Positions 25,304 through 34,760 of a stretch of DNA of 38,226 nt are shown here, piece after piece. The translations under genes and the position numbers were made by a program. Below the pieces are notes generated by a model. That model saw only the letters and a list, made by a program, of their open reading frames with translations, did no database searches and was not told where the DNA came from. This DNA comes from a virus. Numbering within the stretch: position 1 is the first letter of the stretch; every line of letters begins with the position of its first letter. Location: UHGV virus genome UHGV-0868109; one strand, written 5' to 3'.

Positions 25304-26661
25304 CTTTCATCACCTCCTTCATCTATTGGCAGCCAATGCTTTATCCTGCTCCATGCTCCCATCACTGCGTACCGGATCGCATCCATGCAGTGATCATCCA
25401 TTTTTACTGGCACTTCCTTACCTCTTTCAATAGATTTTTTATCATATTCATAAGTTCCAAATTCTCGGTCTGCGTTCTCCTGACTGGGATCAATCGACAT
25501 TACTTCAAACGAAAGTGCTTTTTGCACTCTGCTAATGCCAAGAGCAACATCATTTTCCGCATCCCGCAGAAGCACCTGATAGTCCAGTCCGGTTCTGGTG
25601 GCTCTCTTAACCTCTTCTGCCAGACCTTTTGCGGACGGATCCAGAAAAATATAAAAGATCCGGTTCTCATACTGTTCATGCAGCATATCCATGAACTCAA
25701 CCAGATCTCTTGCATACTCGGACGGGCTCTTCTGCCTTCCAGATTCCCGCCCACTGTGATAATATTCTCCAAGTCCGGGGAATTTCTTGCGGTAGGTGTC
25801 TAGACCAAACGATTCAAAGGTTGTCGCATTCTGCTGACCGTAGTCACCTCCAATGTAAATCCGGTCATATCTCCTGTCCGGATCCGGCTTCTGCCTGTGG
25901 CGATTGCCATACATATAGTAGATCAATTCGTCCACACCGATCGCCTCGCCTAGCCAAACCCATCTATACATTTTTGGATCAGATTTCTTCATAGCTTCAG
26001 CAGATGCGATCAGGTCAGGTCCCAGCCATTCCACCGGCACGTCCCGGTAATCTGTATGAATATGGATGCAGTCCTCTCGCTTTTCCATCTTCTTGCACCA
26101 CAAATTGATGGGGGCATTCGGATTCTTTGGAGGATTATAGAGATAGATCATCTGAAATCCCCCTTTATTTCCACGAACGAACGTCGCTTCAATATTGGTC
26201 AGTTCATCTTCTCCCTCTCCATCGTCAAAAAACTCTGTCAGCTCATCCAGCACAACCAACTTGATTGGCTTATCTTCATCAATGATACCTTTTGTATCAT
26301 CGATCCCGTCTGACCCAGCAAAATACATTGTCGTCCCATGCTTTTTATATGTTATTTCCATCGGGGATTTTGTAATCAGGAATTTACTTTTGGGAATTTC
26401 CAACCGATTGATCCCCCTTAGCATTTCTTTGTAGACTGTTTTTCTCAGCTTATTATGGTGTTTTCTTAAAACAACAACCGATCCATTCGCATCTGATACA
26501 AGCTGATAATCCGATCTTACCGCTGCGTAGCTCGACTTCGTTCCGGCTCTTCCGGAAGTCAGTATAATGTGCTTAATATGCCGATTATTAAATATCGGCA
26601 GGTATTTCGGGATTATTATCTCCGATATCTTCACTTGCTTCTTTCGGTGCGTCATTGACAA
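25300..26661 (-). CDS. terL: Terminase large subunit
   Basis: Walker A ILTSGRAGTKS, Walker B LVVLDE, C-terminal nuclease acidic residues. 453 aa. Confidence 0.9.
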   Translation of the reverse strand: MSMTHRKKQVKISEIIIPKYLPIFNNRHIKHIILTSGRAGTKSSYAAVRSDYQLVSDANGSVVVLRKHHNKLRKTVYKEMLRGINRLEIPKSKFLITKSPMEITYKKHGTTMYFAGSDGIDDTKGIIDEDKPIKLVVLDELTEFFDDGEGEDELTNIEATFVRGNKGGFQMIYLYNPPKNPNAPINLWCKKMEKREDCIHIHTDYRDVPVEWLGPDLIASAEAMKKSDPKMYRWVWLGEAIGVDELIYYMYGNRHRQKPDPDRRYDRIYIGGDYGQQNATTFESFGLDTYRKKFPGLGEYYHSGRESGRQKSPSEYARDLVEFMDMLHEQYENRIFYIFLDPSAKGLAEEVKRATRTGLDYQVLLRDAENDVALGISRVQKALSFEVMSIDPSQENADREFGTYEYDKKSIERGKEVPVKMDDHCMDAIRYAVMGAWSRIKHWLPIDEGGDER

Positions 26662-27142
26662 TCTCTACTCCCCCATCTTCATCTCCATCGCCGCCGCTCA
26701 TCCTTGCTGTATTCGCACGGATCTGTTCAATTCTTGCCTGCTGCTCCTCTTCATCCAGTTCTGTCTTTTCCGTCCAACCCTTGAAGTTGTTTCTCAGGCT
26801 GAACTGAGCCCCGCTCGACCCGTCCCGGTCAAAGAGCCGTTCCTCTGCATAGGCCTCTATCATCGTCTTTGCACGCGTAATCGTGTTCATAAACTCCTTT
26901 TTCCCTTGATAGTTCAATAGTGACAGCCTCGTAGAAAATCCAAGGGCTAAAGCTAGTCCTGTGACTGTCGGAGGACGTTGATTGATCACTACCGGACTTC
27001 CGAATTTATTAAATATCGGCTTTCCTTCATCATCTTTCAGAATTTCTCCTTCACATTCTTTAAAATACTCTTCAATCTTTTCTTCAATTTCTTCTTTACT
27101 CTTATACTTTGGCGGTCTTCCAACCACCTTTTTTGTAGCCAT
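26588..27142 (-). CDS. terS: Terminase small subunit
   Basis: MATKKVVGRPPKY and PPTVTGLALALGFSTR HTH, acidic C-terminus. Overlaps the terL start. Confidence 0.7.
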   Translation of the reverse strand: MATKKVVGRPPKYKSKEEIEEKIEEYFKECEGEILKDDEGKPIFNKFGSPVVINQRPPTVTGLALALGFSTRLSLLNYQGKKEFMNTITRAKTMIEAYAEERLFDRDGSSGAQFSLRNNFKGWTEKTELDEEEQQARIEQIRANTARMSGGDGDEDGGVEIVNDAPKEASEDIGDNNPEIPADI

Positions 27143-27160
27143 TTGACCACCTCCATGCTA

Positions 27161-27538
27161 TTAAATGCCTCTACGTCCTCCACGGCGACCTTTCGTAGCT
27201 CTCCTCTGATCTCCACGGTTGCCGCCCATCGATGTGTCTGCCTGGTTAAGAAAATCGTTCGTTGCTTTCCTGTCTGCCTCATATGCCTTCTGTTCTGCTG
27301 CTTTCGCCGCTGCAGTTACCGGCTTTACAGTTGCCCCATTTGCCTGGACTCTTTTTGTAAAATCCCTTACTGTCATATTCAGCGGAGTAGGCTGTGGCGT
27401 TCCTCCCACTCCCCGCTGATAATAATTCATTCCGTTTTTCTCGGAAAAATAATACCTTGTAGTCTCTCCGTTGTGCGTTACATCAACACCACTTCCACCT
27501 CCGCCGCCACCAGATTTACTTCCTCTACCACCCATCAC
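27161..27538 (-). CDS. Gly-rich / RGG-tailed hypothetical protein
   Basis: AAGGAGG SD. MMGGRGSKSGGGGGGSG...GRRGGRRGI. Confidence 0.45.
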   Translation of the reverse strand: MMGGRGSKSGGGGGGSGVDVTHNGETTRYYFSEKNGMNYYQRGVGGTPQPTPLNMTVRDFTKRVQANGATVKPVTAAAKAAEQKAYEADRKATNDFLNQADTSMGGNRGDQRRATKGRRGGRRGI

Positions 27539-28157
27539 ACGATGCCTCCTTAAATTTTTCCTGAAATGCCTTTATTCGTACAATGTTCCCCGTACACTCT
27601 TCCGGGATCTGCCCGTAAAATATAATCTTAGTCGGATGCAACTTCTTAACCATTTCTTTGTATCCGGCAAGAAATAGTTCCCGGCTCTTTTTATTTTGCA
27701 TGCACCCCACACTGGATACTGCCACCGTGCCTCCTGTGGGCTCTCCATCAAAGCACCAGGAATATGAATCCTCTGTACTCCATGCGATCGTTGGGATCAC
27801 TTTTACCCCGTACATCTGCATATAAGCACCAATCCAATGCTTTCGGTAATGATTAAAGATCTGAACAGCTTTCGGAAAATCTGTATAAAGACTAAAATCC
27901 GGAGTAAATACGTACTGAAACTGCTGAAGCATCGGTATATATCTATCCGGATCATTCCATAATCTTATAAATTGATAGTCGTCAATAAAGAAATGAATGC
28001 TTTTCTTTTCTCTATCCTTACTTGTTGCTGCAAAATTGAATGGAATAAACTCTGTATCTCCATCAAAATCTACTGGCTTAAGTGTAGGTATCCCATACTC
28101 GCCCACACCATCAAATACCATACGTTCTAAATTTTCATATCTTTTCGGATCTCGCAA
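27525..28157 (-). CDS. DUF4417-like phage protein
   Basis: 210 aa with HFFIDDYQFIRLWNDP. Recurrent position upstream of the terminase genes. Confidence 0.55.
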   Translation of the reverse strand: MRDPKRYENLERMVFDGVGEYGIPTLKPVDFDGDTEFIPFNFAATSKDREKKSIHFFIDDYQFIRLWNDPDRYIPMLQQFQYVFTPDFSLYTDFPKAVQIFNHYRKHWIGAYMQMYGVKVIPTIAWSTEDSYSWCFDGEPTGGTVAVSSVGCMQNKKSRELFLAGYKEMVKKLHPTKIIFYGQIPEECTGNIVRIKAFQEKFKEASCDGW

Positions 28158-28298
28158 TCATTTCACCACCTCATATCTCACCGCACACAAAAAGACACCC
28201 TTTTCAGAGTGCCTTTGTACGGGGAGAATTTGTCGAAAGTATCCCAAGAAGCTTTTCACTTCTTGCATTATAACTATAACATATTCAAAATATAAATT

Positions 28299-28703
28299 TT
28301 ATAAATCTTTTACGATCTGCGATATCCTTGCCTGTGTATATCCCGTCATCCTCGCCACCTCTTCTTGCGTCATGTCGTCGAGATATATGGATTCCAGTAT
28401 TGTCTTTTCCAATCCTTCCGGCAGTCCGGCTATGTAAGATTCTACGGTATCGATCTCTGCCTGTGCGGCTGTCCTCTGCCGTTCTTTCTCGCTGATCCGC
28501 AGCTTGATCCGTGTCGCTTCTGCTGGTTCCGGCACTTCCACACTGATATGCTCCCGGATGTATGGAAAGTCATCCCCGGATTTTTCCACCTTCCCCGATA
28601 CGGTCGGAACGCTCTCAAGACGGTCATACAGCCGTTCCAGTGACTGCTCAAGAGTCAGCAGTTCTTTCTTTCGCTTTTTGTATCGCCTTAGTAAGCCTTT
28701 CAT
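28299..28703 (-). CDS. Sigma-70 region-4-like late transcriptional regulator (ArpU/RinA-like)
   Basis: C-terminal ILESIYLDDMTQEEVARMTGYTQARISQI HTH. Position just upstream of the packaging genes. Confidence 0.7.
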   Translation of the reverse strand: MKGLLRRYKKRKKELLTLEQSLERLYDRLESVPTVSGKVEKSGDDFPYIREHISVEVPEPAEATRIKLRISEKERQRTAAQAEIDTVESYIAGLPEGLEKTILESIYLDDMTQEEVARMTGYTQARISQIVKDL

Positions 28704-28935
28704 CCTTGTCCACTTCCTTCCGTATCCTGTCTATAATGTAATCACCGTCAACGTCCATATATGCTCCGGCATCCCTCCGAAAGAATCTTTCAATGTTCAT
28801 CTTTTCCCACTGTGCCTGACTGTCTTCAGGATGTCTCTTCAGCTTTTTCAGGACTGCCCGGTAGTCTTTCCCAGCTTTTTCCACGATCGCATGGGCAAGC
28901 CTGACATAGCCATCAATGTTCCGCTCCACCGACAT
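28648..28935 (-). CDS. Hypothetical protein (95 aa); overlaps the late regulator start by 55 nt in another frame
   Basis: AGGAAGGGAG SD directly before the ATG at 28935. Confidence 0.4.
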   Translation of the reverse strand: MSVERNIDGYVRLAHAIVEKAGKDYRAVLKKLKRHPEDSQAQWEKMNIERFFRRDAGAYMDVDGDYIIDRIRKEVDKDERLTKAIQKAKERTADS

Positions 28936-29131
28936 CCACTCCCTTCCTCGTATCTACTCCCCACTTTTTCAGTGCATCCTCCACTGTATAATTCGGGTAT
29001 GCCGGACGGCGGAAGTCCGCACTGGCTTTCCGATCCGGTGGATGCTCTGCCATCCCGGCATAATGTTCTTTCTGATTCTGCCGGATCTCTGCTGGACTCC
29101 AGCGTCTGTCTGTGCTTCGTTTCAAGGAATA

Positions 29132-29431
29132 TCACTCCTTTTCTTTTTCCAACTGCTCCACAATCCTATGGATCGTCTTGCGTGTGCTCCATGCGTCGAT
29201 TGCTTCTTCTATCGAGTTGTATCTCCTCTGGATTCTTCCAATGCATTTTGTATCGATACATCCTACAACATAATGCACCGTACCCATGTATTTTCCGTTA
29301 AAAACTAATCTTTTTGTTGCTCTTACTTCAGCTTTTCCACCGCAGAATGGACACGGAAGTAATTCAATCTCGCTCATCTTCTGGCTGTTGTAGTTCTTCA
29401 CTTTGCTTAATGTCTGAATGATTTCACTCAT
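29132..29431 (-). CDS. Lar-family restriction-alleviation-like zinc-ribbon protein (paralog 1)
   Basis: ATG at 29431 with AGGAGGG SD. ELLPCPFCGGKAEV...EEAIDAWSTR. Confidence 0.6.
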   Translation of the reverse strand: MSEIIQTLSKVKNYNSQKMSEIELLPCPFCGGKAEVRATKRLVFNGKYMGTVHYVVGCIDTKCIGRIQRRYNSIEEAIDAWSTRKTIHRIVEQLEKEKE

Positions 29432-29453
29432 ACTATCCCTCCTAAATTTCAGT

Positions 29454-29729
29454 TTAGTCAATTGCAACGTCATACCATGTTCGCACCCACCTTGCCACAT
29501 TAAGCCTAAATTCGTCATCTTCCAGCAGCTTTTTAACATGGTTATAACAATCAATCGGTCTATGCACAATATAATCATAATTTGATGTTGGAATGGTCTC
29601 TCCTTCTGTGAATACAGGGATGCTCATTCTATAAAATCTCTTTCTCCTGTCTTTTTCGTCATATTGTTCATATACCAAAACACCGTTTCGCAAACAGTAT
29701 TCAGATATGTTTTTCTTTGTCATTTTCAT
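29454..29729 (-). CDS. Hypothetical protein (91 aa)
   Basis: GAGGTGA SD. ORF in a tight array. Confidence 0.5.
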   Translation of the reverse strand: MKMTKKNISEYCLRNGVLVYEQYDEKDRRKRFYRMSIPVFTEGETIPTSNYDYIVHRPIDCYNHVKKLLEDDEFRLNVARWVRTWYDVAID

Positions 29730-29735
29730 TCTTAT

Positions 29736-30011
29736 TCACCTCGTATCTGCCTCGCATTGCTTAGCACCGGATTTCACAATCTCAATACATTTACATATTC
29801 TTTGGTATTCATTAATGCCATGTGCTGGTGTTCCGTCAATCAGTTCCATGTCTTTGAAATCTTCCAACATATCAACAACCTTGTCCACGTCATAGGCTGT
29901 TGGCTGTTCTTTTAGCATATCTTCAATATCGGGAATACAAAACTCGTAGCCTCTCCCTAGATACTTTGCAATTTCACCACTCGTAATCTTGTCAGCATCA
30001 ATTAATCTCAT
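29736..30011 (-). CDS. Hypothetical protein, MRLIDAD-family paralog 1
   Basis: Shares the N-terminal MRLIDAD and the TAYDVDKVV..LE motif with 30452..30820. Confidence 0.5.
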   Translation of the reverse strand: MRLIDADKITSGEIAKYLGRGYEFCIPDIEDMLKEQPTAYDVDKVVDMLEDFKDMELIDGTPAHGINEYQRICKCIEIVKSGAKQCEADTR

Positions 30012-30471
30012 ATTCTTCCACCACCTCTAACTTCTTCAAATCCTCGATAAGCCACGGTTCGGAATCGCTCCATTTGACCATTGGGAAGTCGATGTTGAAC
30101 ATACTCACACAATTATATGTCCCATTCATCCACATCTTAAAGGGCTCAGATTTATTTGGTTTATCATCCCATACCGAAATTGTTCCGTCACCATCTCTTG
30201 TCATCCATTTTGCACATTCTCTAAAACACTCTAAAAACGCTCTATCTCTCCTGCTTATTACTGGCTTTTCAATGTATTCTGATTCTGCCCACTCTCTCAA
30301 GCGTTTTTCCGCACAACCCGGACGTCCAGTATAACGCATACAATCTTCGCAACCGACATTTCCACACCTGTTCGGCTTTCCAGTTGTTTTACTAACAGCA
30401 ATAGCATCTCCATTACAAGCAATTTCTAAAATATCTTTCGCAAACTTCTCTTTATTCTTCATCTCTTCCAC
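29998..30471 (-). CDS. Cys-rich hypothetical protein (157 aa)
   Basis: CGNVGCEDC...PGC cluster. Confidence 0.5.
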   Translation of the reverse strand: MEEMKNKEKFAKDILEIACNGDAIAVSKTTGKPNRCGNVGCEDCMRYTGRPGCAEKRLREWAESEYIEKPVISRRDRAFLECFRECAKWMTRDGDGTISVWDDKPNKSEPFKMWMNGTYNCVSMFNIDFPMVKWSDSEPWLIEDLKKLEVVEEYEIN

Positions 30472-30820
30472 CGCCTTTCACGATCTCAATCGCCTTGTCA
30501 ATGCCATCTCCGAATCCATCATAGTATTGGTACATACCTTTCTCACACACAGACATATCATAATATGCACGGTCGGACAGAACCTCTAGCTGCTTCACAA
30601 CCTTGTCCACATCATAGGCTGTATTATACAATCTCAAAATCTTAATTTCCTTATTGCAGTCAACAATATTTTTTTGTAATTGCACAATTTTTGCTTCAAT
30701 GTCATATAAAGTAGTATCTGCATCTGTTTTTCTCCGTTCCCATCTTGCAATCTCTGCCATTGCTCTAGTCATTTCTTCACTCATTTTTTCAATTTCTGCA
30801 TCAGCATCAATCAGTCTCAT
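30452..30820 (-). CDS. Hypothetical protein, MRLIDAD-family paralog 2 (with an inserted coiled-coil segment)
   Basis: ATG at 30820 with GGGAGTGA SD. MRLIDADAEIEK...NTAYDVDKVVKQLE. Confidence 0.5.
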   Translation of the reverse strand: MRLIDADAEIEKMSEEMTRAMAEIARWERRKTDADTTLYDIEAKIVQLQKNIVDCNKEIKILRLYNTAYDVDKVVKQLEVLSDRAYYDMSVCEKGMYQYYDGFGDGIDKAIEIVKGGGRDEE

Positions 30821-30825
30821 TATCT

Positions 30826-31116
30826 TCACTCCCATTCACTTTTCAACATATCTGCCTTAATCAGTCCGTAGATTATATCCAGTGCTGTTCTTTTGTCACT
30901 GTACCGGCAATTTGCATTTTTATGTATCCGTGGATCACTCTTATCCCAATCCATCATGGCAAAATGTATGTCGCTCACAAATAACATCTTACATCCTCTT
31001 GCCACGCAGAGATAATAGCATTCTGCCTGCTTCGGAAGTCCTCTACACCGTTTGAATCCGAACTTCTCAAACTCACTGGCTTTTACTTTTGGTTTCAGCA
31101 TCTTTTTCTCCTTCAT
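30826..31116 (-). CDS. Cys-rich hypothetical protein (96 aa)
   Basis: ORF in the array. Confidence 0.45.
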   Translation of the reverse strand: MKEKKMLKPKVKASEFEKFGFKRCRGLPKQAECYYLCVARGCKMLFVSDIHFAMMDWDKSDPRIHKNANCRYSDKRTALDIIYGLIKADMLKSEWE

Positions 31117-31134
31117 CTTCGAAACTCTTCGCTT

Positions 31135-31434
31135 TTATCTCAATGAATTCATTTGCATTTCTTCGAAGATTTTCTCATAACCTATCTGCTGATCGCGTTC
31201 TTTCAGATGCTCAACACGGTTATTCCATTTCTCAACAGCTTCTTCTTTGGAATTCGCTCCATGTACCGCATAGCAATCTTCCTCGGCTGTGTCTATTGTT
31301 GTTCCGTGTATTCCATCGTAGTGGCAGTATCTCGGACAGCCAGCCGACCATCCGAAATAAAATCCGTCTGCCACATCTCTTGAAAGATATGCTTTCGCTC
31401 CACATCTAGGGCATGGTTTTAATTCTTCCATCAA
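31135..31434 (-). CDS. Lar-family restriction-alleviation-like zinc-ribbon protein (paralog 2)
   Basis: MMEELKPCPRCGAKAYL...EEAVEKWNNR. Confidence 0.65.
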   Translation of the reverse strand: MMEELKPCPRCGAKAYLSRDVADGFYFGWSAGCPRYCHYDGIHGTTIDTAEEDCYAVHGANSKEEAVEKWNNRVEHLKERDQQIGYEKIFEEMQMNSLR

Positions 31435-31772
31435 TTGTCCTCCTTATACGGTTCCGGCAATGGCATCCAGGCATTGACAAACAATCCATAGCTCGAATAA
31501 GATTTTTCGTCGTCTCCCGGATAAAATGTACCGCTCTCGTCATCTTCTTCGTACCTTGCAATATCTGGCATTGTGCAGTTTTTAAATGATACCAGTATGT
31601 AGCTTTCATCTTCCGGCAGCCTCTCACTGCATGGAATCCATCCCGGATTCCCTAACTCGCCAACCTCTTCTGCCAGTTCATCCAGTTTTGCATGAATAAA
31701 TTCTGATGGAACTCTCGTCAGCGTCCTGATATCTTCCTGTATTTCTTTCAATGTTCTTTTTCTGCTCATCAA
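31431..31772 (-). CDS. DUF551-domain protein
   Basis: WIPCSERLPEDESYILVSF...NAWMPLPEPY. Confidence 0.65.
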   Translation of the reverse strand: MMSRKRTLKEIQEDIRTLTRVPSEFIHAKLDELAEEVGELGNPGWIPCSERLPEDESYILVSFKNCTMPDIARYEEDDESGTFYPGDDEKSYSSYGLFVNAWMPLPEPYKEDN

Positions 31773-32134
31773 TCATTCCTCCTTATCACTATCTGAATCC
31801 CAAGCTCTTCTCTGATCTGCCCGATAAAATCATCCCATGTTACAAGATCATCTACGATGCACTCTGCCTTAAGATTCATCCTTTCTATAAATCGTTGACA
31901 CCTTTTCGCACCAAAATCAAATTCGTCATGCAGTGTAGCGACCGAAAGAGTCATCTCTTTTATTTTGGTGCAAGCCTTATTCAACTCTTTTTTGCTCATT
32001 GCTGTATTAATTCCCTTCGCTCCACGAAATTTAATCTCTTCCCGCAAAGCATCCACCCCGTCTTCCTCTACGATTTTCAATGCTAACAACAAACCGTCAT
32101 TCCTGCCGGATGCGTATTCGTCAATTTTTCCCAT
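31769..32134 (-). CDS. Hypothetical protein (121 aa)
   Basis: ATGA overlap with the downstream gene. Confidence 0.5.
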   Translation of the reverse strand: MGKIDEYASGRNDGLLLALKIVEEDGVDALREEIKFRGAKGINTAMSKKELNKACTKIKEMTLSVATLHDEFDFGAKRCQRFIERMNLKAECIVDDLVTWDDFIGQIREELGIQIVIRRND

Positions 32135-32309
32135 GTTCTTTCTCCCAATACTCCACTACATACTCTTTCTTGCCTTTTGCATTCCCCGGAATCTCCCGGT
32201 ATCCGATCTTTACAGAATAACCAGCTTTGACCAGCAGATTCGCTATCTTAAGCCTGTCCTCTTCATTCAGCCCGGCTGATCCGCCTCTTATGCTCCGTAT
32301 CACTGCCAT
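32121..32309 (-). CDS. Small hypothetical protein (62 aa)
   Basis: AGAGGTG SD. Confidence 0.45.
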   Translation of the reverse strand: MAVIRSIRGGSAGLNEEDRLKIANLLVKAGYSVKIGYREIPGNAKGKKEYVVEYWEKEHGKN

Positions 32310-32312
32310 ATG

Positions 32313-32504
32313 CTACACCTCTTTCGCTTTACAGGTCAGACCTTTATGGAAATACATTTCTGTTCTTCTTCTGGTTTTCACGTAGTCGTAATCCCCAATG
32401 ATCTGTTCGCCACATCTTGCACAGATCAGCACATCCTCTTCCTTTGCCTGCTCTTTTTTCTCAATTCTTTTCTTCTTCACTGTATCCATCCTCCACGATT
32501 GCAT
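32313..32504 (-). CDS. Small zinc-ribbon-like protein (63 aa)
   Basis: CARCG...H..C motif. Weak SD. Confidence 0.35.
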   Translation of the reverse strand: MQSWRMDTVKKKRIEKKEQAKEEDVLICARCGEQIIGDYDYVKTRRRTEMYFHKGLTCKAKEV

Positions 32505-32700
32505 TGATGATCGGTGACCACGAAAGCGTCAGCCAGCTGATAAAGTTATACATCGTCATGCTGATTTTACTGTATTTACTTTCCAGTGCCTTTACAGTGT
32601 CATTGAATCCTCTTGCACTCTTTGTTTCCTGTGTTTCCTTGTATGCTTTCCATATGGCGTTCTGTATGTCTGCCACGTATTCATGCTTAATTTCACTCAT
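32461..32700 (-). CDS. Hypothetical protein (79 aa), first gene after the origin-like region
   Basis: AGGAG SD. Confidence 0.45.
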   Translation of the reverse strand: MSEIKHEYVADIQNAIWKAYKETQETKSARGFNDTVKALESKYSKISMTMYNFISWLTLSWSPIINAIVEDGYSEEEKN

Positions 32701-32912
32701 AGTTACACTTTTCTCCTGTTCGTTACAGTCGGTTACAAACTGGCTTGTAACGCTAAACCCCTTGTATTTACTGGCTTAAATGGCATTTTTAAATATCGGT
32801 TACACGGTTACAACGCTTTTTCCTATATAGGGAGCGGTCTGTGTATATACACACAACACCATATATATATTAAATTCCGTGTGTAACCTTTGTAACTTTG
32901 TAACCGCCCCGC
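32701..32912. repeat. Origin-like intergenic region: GGTTACA / TGTAACC iterons in opposite orientation flanking an AT-rich tract and a GTGTATATACAC palindrome
   Basis: GTTACA-type at 32702, 32722, 32731, 32799 and 32806. TGTAAC-type at 32746, 32882, 32891 and 32899. Palindrome at about 32841-32854. Confidence 0.5.
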
Positions 32913-34760
32913 CTATTTAAACGGCAATTCTTCTTGATCCGCTGGACTGAATCCATCAGAATCCATCGCACTGTCCAGCTTCAGCCACACGCACCGCACC
33001 GCTTTTTTACCCATTTTTTTATTTTTGGTCTGATTCTTCCCGTCCGTCTGAAGCAGTCCGTTCTTATCCGCCCAGTTCATGAAAGCTTTATAAGAATAGC
33101 TGCCACTTTCGCAGAGATCCTTTACTGCCTGAATGTACATGATTGCATATCCCTGGTCGATAATTCCCCACTGCTCTACATTTACAGCCGCATCAAACCG
33201 CTGGCTATTCATACTGATCTTGTCAAGCAGATACCGGTAGCATCGTTCATGCTCTGACACTTCTGACTGGCTCGCAAGAACCTTTTTTGCACTTTCTAAG
33301 TCGATATATCCGCCATCACAAAAGATCCGGTCCGTAGCGATCCGATCGGCTGTCAGGATCACAGACAGGGCTATACTCTGCTTCTGCATGGCATCATCCC
33401 TGTAAATTTCCTTTTGGATCTCTGCCTGCATTTCTCTGATCTGATCCACACCGATCTCTTTTATCGCTTTTACAAATTCTTTCCCCGCAAAACCGTAATT
33501 CTTTTTCAAGAAATTAGCGGTATACTGTGGATCCGCAAAAACCTTTTCTCCGCATTCTACTTCAATGATACGGTTAATTGCACCGCCTTGGGTGACATAA
33601 GAACTTAACGGACGCTCTCCATTCGTCAGAATTGCATTCTTCCACCGATTCTCCTTTCGGATTCCCAGCTCTCTATTTGACCGGCTCTTTCCTTTTCCGG
33701 AACAGAGATCATATACAACCCCCTCGAAGTTATCTTTAATCCTGGCATTGACCTTGCTTGAATCATCCAGCATCAGCGGGAGATTGTTGAGCAGATCAGA
33801 CCGCACCTCCAGCTGCACGTCCGTGGTCTTAAAATCACCGATATACATACTGTCTGCTGGATTCGCCCAAACAGACGCTGCCAGCATCATAGCAACCGTC
33901 TTTCCGCCTTCTGTCTCGCCCCACAGGTCCACGATAAACGGAAGTGCTCCCAGTAATCCGACCAGGACACTGGCAAAGGATGCTGCGAGGAAAAACTTGA
34001 TTTCCATCCGGTCACGTTTCCGAAGTTCGCAGACATGATTCAACCATTCCATATAGCTTCCTTGCTGCCGGATACTTTCATACAACTGCTTGAACTGCAG
34101 ATCTCCATCAAAGAGGATGTCCGTATCGTATGGTATAAAATCTCCACCAATCCATCCCAGCTTTGACGTAGATTTCTGCAATGGGATATCATTATCATTC
34201 AAATTTTCTACATCCGACAGGTATTTAACCAACAGCTTCGCATTCTCCGAAGTTACGGAAACACCAAGCTTTGACAGACTCACAATTTTGCTGGCAGAAG
34301 ATATGATGTCTTTCGGTACCGTAATCTCTGTCCAACGGTGATTCCGCTTGTATGCCAGCTTGATTTGTTCCTCTCCCGTCTCGAGATTTTTTAAACGTCC
34401 GATCGGCAGGATTGGGTGATAGCAGACAATAACCTCGTTGTCGTAATCCTTGTTAAATGTCCTGATCCCGTCGTCTCCTGCAATCCACGACCCACATTTT
34501 ACAGCATCGTATTTTCCCGTAAAATCTGTCCAGTTGGTTAAGGCATTACTGCTCAACCTTTTTTTATTCATTTCCTGCTCGACCTTTTTATAAGCTTTGA
34601 TCATCATGTCAAACCCCTGCTTTACCCCCAGCTCCTTTGCACGCTCCTGAAAAGAAAGCAGCATCTGTGCCTTTTTTATTTCGTCCTCCTGTTCAAAGAT
34701 TTCCGTAAAAACCTCTTCTGCAAGGATACTTTTTTTATCGTATTCACTTAACTTTTTCAT
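32913..34760 (-). CDS. Replicative SF3/P4-type helicase (DUF927/VirE-like)
   Basis: Walker A DLWGETEGGKTVA, Walker B LPLMLDD. 615 aa. Confidence 0.75.
   Translation of the reverse strand: MKKLSEYDKKSILAEEVFTEIFEQEDEIKKAQMLLSFQERAKELGVKQGFDMMIKAYKKVEQEMNKKRLSSNALTNWTDFTGKYDAVKCGSWIAGDDGIRTFNKDYDNEVIVCYHPILPIGRLKNLETGEEQIKLAYKRNHRWTEITVPKDIISSASKIVSLSKLGVSVTSENAKLLVKYLSDVENLNDNDIPLQKSTSKLGWIGGDFIPYDTDILFDGDLQFKQLYESIRQQGSYMEWLNHVCELRKRDRMEIKFFLAASFASVLVGLLGALPFIVDLWGETEGGKTVAMMLAASVWANPADSMYIGDFKTTDVQLEVRSDLLNNLPLMLDDSSKVNARIKDNFEGVVYDLCSGKGKSRSNRELGIRKENRWKNAILTNGERPLSSYVTQGGAINRIIEVECGEKVFADPQYTANFLKKNYGFAGKEFVKAIKEIGVDQIREMQAEIQKEIYRDDAMQKQSIALSVILTADRIATDRIFCDGGYIDLESAKKVLASQSEVSEHERCYRYLLDKISMNSQRFDAAVNVEQWGIIDQGYAIMYIQAVKDLCESGSYSYKAFMNWADKNGLLQTDGKNQTKNKKMGKKAVRCVWLKLDSAMDSDGFSPADQEELPFK

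Noticed and set aside
28245-28265. Hairpin CAAGAAG-cttttca-CTTCTTG between the DUF4417 gene and the late regulator as a terminator
   Set aside because: Neither strand has a U-tract after the stem. It is more likely part of a late promoter or regulatory site, and the evidence is too weak to call
28504-29301. Plus-strand 265-aa ORF
   Set aside because: Antisense to a tightly packed minus-strand array whose members have good SDs. Ser/Leu/Pro-rich, with no start context
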